DNA of 64,000 bases from the IMG/VR virus record IMGVR_UViG_3300027286_000002; one strand, written 5' to 3'. How positions within the stretch are numbered: position 1 is the first letter of the stretch; each line of letters opens with the position of its first letter. A program made the translations under genes and the position numbers. The notes below the pieces were generated by a model. It was not told the DNA's origin and searched no databases. It worked only from the letters and a program-made list of their open reading frames with translations. Source of the DNA: a virus. Lineage: Duplodnaviria > Caudoviricetes. Below, in pieces: positions 57,618-64,000 of the stretch.

Positions 57618-58778
57618 ATGAATTGGGATGATAAAGAACAAGTCTTAAAGGCAGTACAAAACAATTTCAATAATTATCTATATGCAAGCAATAGATTGAA
57701 AAAAGATGATGATGTTATCGTAGCTACTTTAAAAAGCATACCCACAAGTAAAATCCCTTTCCAAACCAATTTTATAAAAAGTATGAATATCCAAAATCCA
57801 TATCTCATCTTAGAAGGGTTTAAAGAATATTCATTAGCAATAACTCTTGTAAACCAAAAGTTAAGATCTGATGAAGCATTCATGCTCTATGCTATTAAAC
57901 TAAATCCATACTTTTTTGTATATGCAGATGAGAGTTTAAAAAACGATAGGAATTTTCTTATTAATGCTATTAATGTAAATCCTGAAATTAGAATTACATA
58001 TGACATCATTCCTTTAGAATTAAGACAAGATCCTGAGATTGTTAAAGATGAAAATAGACAGATCACAAAAGTTAGACTACGAGAACTACCAATTAATCTT
58101 TTCTTTTTCAATATCAGTAAAAAAGATGTCTTAGCTTTCAGAAAAGATTTAAAAGAAACTATCCAGCTGATAAAATCATCTAGATTACCAAATTTCAATG
58201 CTGTCTTAAATGGCAACATTTATATCGGATCACAAGAAGATCTCATTCTTAATTTTGGTGGTGGTGTATATGTGAATGAAAACACAAGTGCTTACTATAC
58301 TGAAAAAGCAGGTATCTTTTATATCCTACCAACAAGAGGAAGTCTTGTTAGCACTCTCATCCATGAGTTTAGTCATAAATACCATTACACTTTGATTAAA
58401 GAAGGATATGGAAATGATAAAGTCAAAAGATTTGCTCAATTTGCTAAATTTAGAGAATGCACTTTTCCAAAAATAGGAGATCCACTTTCTAACCTAAGAG
58501 AAGATTGGTGGCTTGTTAAAATGGCATCAGATGAATATTATTTAAAAAAGATAGATAGAAAGAAAAACTATATCTATAAAAATATTGCAGGTGATGAAAA
58601 AATCATCAGTTCGGATAAAATGAGTCAGCTGATCAACTGTCCTTCTGAATATAGTATGAAAAACCATAGAGAATTTGTTGCTGAATTATGCACTCTTATC
58701 ACTTTAAATAAAGTCACACCAGCTATGCAAAGTCTTGCTGATGATTTTATCACTCTACTCGAAGAAGAAAGAATATAG
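57618..58778 (+). CDS. zinc metallopeptidase with DUF4116-like repeats, array member 7
   Basis: Near-identical DNA blocks with member 6; LIHEFSH...CPSEYSMKNHREFVAE. Confidence 0.85.
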   Translation: MNWDDKEQVLKAVQNNFNNYLYASNRLKKDDDVIVATLKSIPTSKIPFQTNFIKSMNIQNPYLILEGFKEYSLAITLVNQKLRSDEAFMLYAIKLNPYFFVYADESLKNDRNFLINAINVNPEIRITYDIIPLELRQDPEIVKDENRQITKVRLRELPINLFFFNISKKDVLAFRKDLKETIQLIKSSRLPNFNAVLNGNIYIGSQEDLILNFGGGVYVNENTSAYYTEKAGIFYILPTRGSLVSTLIHEFSHKYHYTLIKEGYGNDKVKRFAQFAKFRECTFPKIGDPLSNLREDWWLVKMASDEYYLKKIDRKKNYIYKNIAGDEKIISSDKMSQLINCPSEYSMKNHREFVAELCTLITLNKVTPAMQSLADDFITLLEEERI

Positions 58779-58781
58779 AAT

Positions 58782-60023
58782 ATGAAACAAGCAGGTACAA
58801 ACATCAGATTAAATTTCGTACCACCGTCTTTTAGAGATGATAAAGAAATCGTACTACAAGCAGTAGGTGATTCATATGAAGAATATCTATATGTAAGTGA
58901 CAGGCTAAAGCAAGACAAAGATGTTATTCGTACTACTCTAAAAAACACACCTAAATTTTATATCGTGGATGTCTTAAGATGGATGGATTACAAAACCAAT
59001 CCATTATTTAAAGATGAGAAATTTCTCTTAGAATTAATAAAAGAAAATCCACATATCTTCTTTGAGATAGATTTAGCATATCGTAAAGATAAAAAGTTCA
59101 TGCTTGAGGCTATTAAAATAAATCATAATTTTTACAATTATGCAGACTATTCTTTAAAAGAACCTACATTATATGCAGATGGCAATATAAAACGATATTG
59201 GTTTATTGAAAATGCTATTGATGCTAATCCTGCTGTGAGATATCTTGACATACCAAAAGAAGTAGCTAAAAGTCCATATCAAATTGAACCACGAGCAGGC
59301 AAAAGAGTTACTATTAAACATCCATACTTGCCTTTGCTTTTAACTTTTATTAACATTAATAAATATACTCTTTTAGAATTTAAAGAAAACTTGAAACAAG
59401 TCACTTCTTTAATCAAAAAGTCAAAAATCCCAAAGTTTAGTAAAGTCTTAAAAGATAATATTTATATTGCGAATAAAGAAAACCTTAAAAAGTATTTTCT
59501 TTTAGAAGGTTTAGACGATACAAGTGCATTGTACTCAAAAAACCTAGATGATATCTTTTATGTCATGCCATCTAAATCATCTTCAATCTATGATCTTGTG
59601 CATGAATTTGGACATAAATTTCAGAATACTATGATTAAAGATGGTATGGAAAATGAAGCTATTTCTTCTTTCTTTATGAAACTGCAAAATGATACCTGCT
59701 CTATGCCAAAGCTAGGTGATCCATTATCTGATCTAAGAGAAGATTGGTGGAATGTTAAAATGAGTTCAAGTAATGAGTTTTATTTGAATGAGATAGATAG
59801 AAATAAAAACTACATTTATAAAAATGATCAAGGTGTGGAAAAAACCATCAGTTCAGATAAAATGAAAGAACTAATGGTTTGTCCAAGTCAATATGGTGCA
59901 TCTAATGTACAAGAATTTTTTGCTGAAATGGTAGCACTTATTACTTTAGGTAAAGTGAAACCTAATCAACAATGGATTGCAGATAAACTGATTAAGATCA
60001 TTAAAGATAATTTAGAAGTCTAA
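58782..60023 (+). CDS. zinc metallopeptidase with DUF4116-like repeats, array member 8
   Basis: DDKEIVLQAV repeat; LVHEFGH...CPSQYGASNVQEFFAE. Confidence 0.85.
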   Translation: MKQAGTNIRLNFVPPSFRDDKEIVLQAVGDSYEEYLYVSDRLKQDKDVIRTTLKNTPKFYIVDVLRWMDYKTNPLFKDEKFLLELIKENPHIFFEIDLAYRKDKKFMLEAIKINHNFYNYADYSLKEPTLYADGNIKRYWFIENAIDANPAVRYLDIPKEVAKSPYQIEPRAGKRVTIKHPYLPLLLTFININKYTLLEFKENLKQVTSLIKKSKIPKFSKVLKDNIYIANKENLKKYFLLEGLDDTSALYSKNLDDIFYVMPSKSSSIYDLVHEFGHKFQNTMIKDGMENEAISSFFMKLQNDTCSMPKLGDPLSDLREDWWNVKMSSSNEFYLNEIDRNKNYIYKNDQGVEKTISSDKMKELMVCPSQYGASNVQEFFAEMVALITLGKVKPNQQWIADKLIKIIKDNLEV

Positions 60024-60572
60024 ATAATATGCCACTAAAGATAATCTAACTTCTGCAGGAAAAAACACTGTGTAATCATATTTTTTCCAAAACTTTTCTG
60101 CCAAAATTTTTACTTGTTCTTCATACATAGATGGTGGAAATTTTTTCAAAATGCCTGACTTTTCTACTTCTACCATTAACTTGTATTGAATGAGTTCTCT
60201 ATCACTATTAAATGGTGGATCATCTGATAACATATTCTCAATCACTTCTCTAATGATAGGAAAATCAAAATAGAAGTAAAATGGTTTGCTTGCATGAAAA
60301 TCACTTGCAATTCTAGAAATGTGTTGAAACCAATCTAATGGAAATTCATCACGAATATCTGTAATCTCACCATCACGGATTGCTCTATCCATCATTTTTT
60401 GATCAGATCCTAAATCTCTTGTTTTAGGATTGTTATCTACAAGTTCTAATAACAATTCATGTACATTTGTACCTCTAGTTTGACTCAAATCCATAAAATG
60501 CTCACCTCTAAATAGAGAATGATTTTGATACATCTTTAGTAAACTCGATCTACGACTTCTATGACTATACAT
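60012..60572 (-). CDS. hypothetical protein inserted in the array
   Basis: 186-aa ORF, GAAAGGA SD. Confidence 0.65.
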   Translation of the reverse strand: MYSHRSRRSSLLKMYQNHSLFRGEHFMDLSQTRGTNVHELLLELVDNNPKTRDLGSDQKMMDRAIRDGEITDIRDEFPLDWFQHISRIASDFHASKPFYFYFDFPIIREVIENMLSDDPPFNSDRELIQYKLMVEVEKSGILKKFPPSMYEEQVKILAEKFWKKYDYTVFFPAEVRLSLVAYYLDF

Positions 60573-60636
60573 ATTGTATATCCTTTCTTTTTTCAGCTAT
60601 GCCTATTAACAATAGACTTTATAAATAAAGTAAAAA

Positions 60637-60906
60637 TTAAAGTGTTTCTCTGATCTTGAGTATTTGGTTTAATGACAGTGGATTTGTCATGCTGTTTAAC
60701 TCTAGATCAAATCTTACTTTTTTTGACTGCCATTCAATAATGGTAAATTGAATTTTTTCTTTTTGCACATACTCAAAGGTATATTGCTTACCATTTGTTT
60801 CAACAGTATTCCAAAAAAGATTTTCTTTAGACTTTAATCTGTGCAATGGGAAAACACCTAATACAGTACAGATCTTTTCATTTACTCTAAAAATATGTTC
60901 GTTCAT
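60637..60906 (-). CDS. small hypothetical protein inserted in the array
   Basis: 89-aa ORF, GAAAGGT SD, preceded by the TTGCAATAA-N12-AGTGTTTA motif. Confidence 0.7.
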   Translation of the reverse strand: MNEHIFRVNEKICTVLGVFPLHRLKSKENLFWNTVETNGKQYTFEYVQKEKIQFTIIEWQSKKVRFDLELNSMTNPLSLNQILKIRETL

Positions 60907-60942
60907 GTCTTTTACCTTTCTTAACGACCATTCATATATATG

Positions 60943-60971
60943 TAAACACTTAAGATAAAAGTTTATTGCAA
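60943..60971 (-). promoter_or_regulatory. conserved TTGCAATAA-N12-AGTGTTTA motif, copy 3
   Basis: Exact motif match 37 nt upstream of the ATG at 60906. Confidence 0.7.
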
Positions 60972-61034
60972 CCTCGACTAATTTTTATTTTATATATCCG
61001 TCTTTTTATATACATCTTAAAAAACAGGTAAAAA

Positions 61035-62714
61035 ATGACTAAGTATAGACAAGCTGAATATGAAAATTGGGATGATTATAATTTTGTTTTAAAAAGAATA
61101 CAAAATGGTAATGGTAGCGAAATTGCTAAAGCAAGCAGGGATTTAAAATCCAATCCTACATTGAGAGAAATTGCTATTGAGAATGGTGCTTTAATATCAG
61201 ATACTTATATGCCTACTAGTAGATACATAAGAATTTCTGATCCAAATCTTGCTATTAAAGGTTTGAAAAATGGTGGCAGTGATCAACTTGGATATTTAGA
61301 TAGTAGTCTTACTAATAATAAAGAAGTAGTTTTAGTAGCAGTAAAATTAGATCCAAATAATCTTATGTTTGCAAGTGATGAACTTAAAGATGACTATGAT
61401 GTTGTTAGCCTTGCTGTTAAGATAGATGCTAACACTATTCAATTTGCTAGTGATCGTTTAAAAAATGATCTCACTATCGGAAACTACATCCTTGAAAAAA
61501 ATCCACAAGTATTCGTTTCATTAATGAATGACTTAAAGACAAATATTGATTTTGCCATTCAAAGACTTTCACAAAACCTACAAGACCTTAGATTTTTCCC
61601 AAACCTAGTAAATCACATTCAAGTTCAGAAACTTCTTAAAAATAAAAAACTAATTTTGCAATCTGCTGGCATCACACCTGATGCCAAATCAGTTTATCAT
61701 ATTTTCAATATGGTAAATGAAAATCATTTATCTTTCCTTGATCACATAGCAAATGATTTAAAAAACGATGAAAGTTTTATGCTTAAACTTTTAGAAGTAA
61801 CACCAAAAGCATATACCATCCTTCCTGATTCTTTAAAAAATGATCCTGTGTTTATAAATAAAGCAATGGATGTGTCTTTGATTGACACCTATTTGAACTT
61901 TGATGAAGATAAAAAGAAAGAACTTGCAGGAAAAATAACAACTTTAAGTTTGAGTACTGCACCTGCTTTAGATTTTATATTCTATGGTAGAATTACAACA
62001 CCGGGTCTTATCCTTTTTAAAAAACATTTGAACTTCACAATTAAAACCATCAAAGGTTCGCCTTTAAAGAACTTCAAAAAAGTCTTTTCAGCAGGTAAAG
62101 TTATAGTTGGTCAAAAAATAGACCTTCTAGCATCTAATATTTTACCATCTGAAATTGCTAGTGAATTACAAACATTTAAAGGTATACTTGCTGGCTTTTT
62201 TGATCCACGATTTGTAAATAATGTTTACATCATCTTAAATGGTGAAACATATAAAAAATCCGATGCCATTAATCTTATTCATGAACTTGCACATAAATTT
62301 CAATATCACCATATAAAGAATGGTATGGAAAACAAAAGACTTAAAGATTTATTTGACCTAGCTAAAAATCCAATTGGTGATGAATATTGCGAACTGCCAC
62401 AAATAGGTGATCCTTTATCTAATCTTAGAGATCCTAAACTTTGGGGCATTAATAATAGATTAGCTAATTCCGAATATTATTTAAAGAAGATTGACCAATG
62501 GAACTATATCTATGAAAATGAACAAAAAAAACAAAAAATCTTACCTAGATCTGAAATCAGAATACTTAGCAGATGTCCATCTCAATATTCTAAAATGGCT
62601 CACTATGAATGGTTTGCTGAAATGGCTACTCTTGCTACTTTAAACCTTGCCAAGACTTCTGAAAAATTGATTGTTGAAGAATTTATTAAAATTGTTAATG
62701 AAGAATCTATTTAA
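61035..62714 (+). CDS. zinc metallopeptidase with multiple DUF4116-like repeats, array member 9
   Basis: NNKEVVLVAV, FASDELKDD and FASDRLKND repeats; LIHELAH...CPSQYSKMAHYEWFAE. Confidence 0.85.
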   Translation: MTKYRQAEYENWDDYNFVLKRIQNGNGSEIAKASRDLKSNPTLREIAIENGALISDTYMPTSRYIRISDPNLAIKGLKNGGSDQLGYLDSSLTNNKEVVLVAVKLDPNNLMFASDELKDDYDVVSLAVKIDANTIQFASDRLKNDLTIGNYILEKNPQVFVSLMNDLKTNIDFAIQRLSQNLQDLRFFPNLVNHIQVQKLLKNKKLILQSAGITPDAKSVYHIFNMVNENHLSFLDHIANDLKNDESFMLKLLEVTPKAYTILPDSLKNDPVFINKAMDVSLIDTYLNFDEDKKKELAGKITTLSLSTAPALDFIFYGRITTPGLILFKKHLNFTIKTIKGSPLKNFKKVFSAGKVIVGQKIDLLASNILPSEIASELQTFKGILAGFFDPRFVNNVYIILNGETYKKSDAINLIHELAHKFQYHHIKNGMENKRLKDLFDLAKNPIGDEYCELPQIGDPLSNLRDPKLWGINNRLANSEYYLKKIDQWNYIYENEQKKQKILPRSEIRILSRCPSQYSKMAHYEWFAEMATLATLNLAKTSEKLIVEEFIKIVNEESI

Positions 62715-63409
62715 CCTTTTTCCATCCTAGCTTTTGCTTCTTTCATCCATTCCTCTGCATCTATCATTTTACCAAAATTCGCAAATATACTTTCTGTCAT
62801 TTCAGGTCTTACTTTCGCTTCATCACAGGCTCGCCTAAATGTTTCAGCTAAAAACCCAAACAAAATCTTAAATGCTTTTGAATCCATATCTATCGTTTGG
62901 TTTGATAACATTTCTTTCTTTTTAATCCAAGCATCACCTACTGCCTTTAAAGCATTTACTCTACGAATAGATAACTGACTTGTATTCTCACCTTTTCTTT
63001 CTGCCTCTGATCTCTCAAATTTTAATGATGCTGATTCTTCTGCCAAACCTTCAATCACTGAATTTAATACATCACCACTCTCAATATTTGTTATTACATT
63101 GCCTAATATCTTATCCTGCATTAAAGTATTCATCTTATTTAATTGCTGATTTGCTACATTAAGCTGTGTAGATGACATTGCTATCTGTGCTTGTTGAATT
63201 GTAGGCACAGGTGTACTTGGTGTATTTGTTGGACTAGATGCAGGTTTAGTTTTACGACCCGGTTCGGTATTCATCGTAATTGGTAAACCTGTTGTTGGAT
63301 GCAACATCACTTGATCTGTTGGTTTCAATTCATCAGGTTTCCTCCATACAATCTTTCCTAAATCATCTATTACTTTTACTCTTGCTACATTGGGATCAAT
63401 CACTGTCAT
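62711..63409 (-). CDS. helical protein, candidate terminase small subunit
   Basis: Co-oriented with and directly upstream of terL if the array is removed; central coiled coil; function inferred from position only. Confidence 0.35.
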   Translation of the reverse strand: MTVIDPNVARVKVIDDLGKIVWRKPDELKPTDQVMLHPTTGLPITMNTEPGRKTKPASSPTNTPSTPVPTIQQAQIAMSSTQLNVANQQLNKMNTLMQDKILGNVITNIESGDVLNSVIEGLAEESASLKFERSEAERKGENTSQLSIRRVNALKAVGDAWIKKKEMLSNQTIDMDSKAFKILFGFLAETFRRACDEAKVRPEMTESIFANFGKMIDAEEWMKEAKARMEKG

Positions 63410-63455
63410 TTATTCATATCCTTTTTTAGATTAGATTTTTATATTAGTATTATAT

Positions 63456-64000
63456 CTAAAAAGGTGCAATAAGGTCTAATATTGTTTGCTTATTCTTTTC
63501 TAATGATCCAACCACTCGCATTGCATCTGCTTGTGGTGCATCTAAACTTGTTATTGTTAAGTTATCTACTGCCACTTCTGTTTTCACATAGACACCACCT
63601 ACTAAATTATAAGTAATTGTGTTCTGTGTTAATGGATTATATACCATCTCTACTGTATTTCCTGATGGTGCTATAAATCTTACTTTTTGATCTGCTGTAC
63701 GAATATCTGTAAATACATAGATAGGAATAAACTTAATGCTTTTAATAAAATTACTAAAGTCATTTGCCACAGGTGATTCCTTTAATTCACTCATTGGCAA
63801 AATTGACTTTTCTCTCACCACTTGCTTTCTTCCTAACTTATGATCATCTGATGGATCATATAGCAAATTGTTTTCCATATCATAAATTAAGAAAGGTGGA
63901 ACACCATTAAACAAATCATAGCTATATTGCAAAAACTGAACAATTAAATTATCAAACAAAGACACTGACTGCACAATCACTTGTGTATCATTATCGGGAT
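63456..64000 (-). CDS. hypothetical protein, 5'-truncated by the window edge
   Basis: The frame stays open from the GTG at 63980 to the window end. Confidence 0.6.
   Translation of the reverse strand, partial: PDNDTQVIVQSVSLFDNLIVQFLQYSYDLFNGVPPFLIYDMENNLLYDPSDDHKLGRKQVVREKSILPMSELKESPVANDFSNFIKSIKFIPIYVFTDIRTADQKVRFIAPSGNTVEMVYNPLTQNTITYNLVGGVYVKTEVAVDNLTITSLDAPQADAMRVVGSLEKNKQTILDLIAPF

Noticed and set aside
4457-60627. T4-type late promoter TATAAATA
   Set aside because: At 51047, 52667, 32708 and 60620 the octamer lies on the strand opposite to the downstream gene, so a T4-type reading is not supported.
5904-63262. Avoidance of CCNGG, GCNGC, GGWCC or GATC
   Set aside because: CCSGG, GCSGC, GGTCC/GGACC and GATC are all readily found. 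Only the W-centred CCWGG and GCWGC appear depleted.
1-64000. CRISPR array
   Set aside because: No run of constant repeats with unique spacers was seen. All repeats found are coding repeats, gene duplications or terminators.
1-64000. Alternative genetic code (stop-codon reassignment)
   Set aside because: Terminase, portal, protease, MCP and purA are full length under code 11, and coding density is high.
1-64000. Eukaryotic giant virus or mirusvirus origin
   Set aside because: Shine-Dalgarno sites, overlapping operons, sigma-like factors, rho-independent terminators and a terL-portal-protease-scaffold-MCP order indicate a bacteriophage.

Overview
AT-rich 64 kb segment of a large (jumbo-type) tailed bacteriophage genome, read with the standard bacterial code. 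It has Shine-Dalgarno sites, sigma-like factors and two tRNAs. The core is a minus-strand head module: terminase large subunit (47746-49587), portal, a 1178-aa charged protein, prohead protease, repeat-rich scaffold, a decoration-like protein and the major capsid protein, followed by a free-standing LAGLIDADG homing endonuclease. The left half holds accessory genes: two DNA methyltransferases, thermonuclease, an intein-containing neck-like protein, purA, a nucleoside deoxyribosyltransferase-like protein, a flavodoxin-fold protein, a QueC-like/2OG-hydroxylase pair, a lytic transglycosylase, thymidine kinase, and ParB-like and ferritin-like proteins. The most striking feature is a 13 kb plus-strand tandem array of nine zinc-metallopeptidase paralogs (49664-62714). 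They carry an anthrax-lethal-factor-type HExxH...Y-x6-E signature and swapped N-terminal modules, leave decayed gene ends between copies, and interrupt the packaging operon. Other signals: avoidance of CCWGG and GCWGC in codon choice, a recurrent [KR]-x-A(S) tag, in-frame nested genes with their own RBS, a structured RNA candidate and a repeated promoter-like motif. All family assignments come from motifs recognised by eye; no database search was run.
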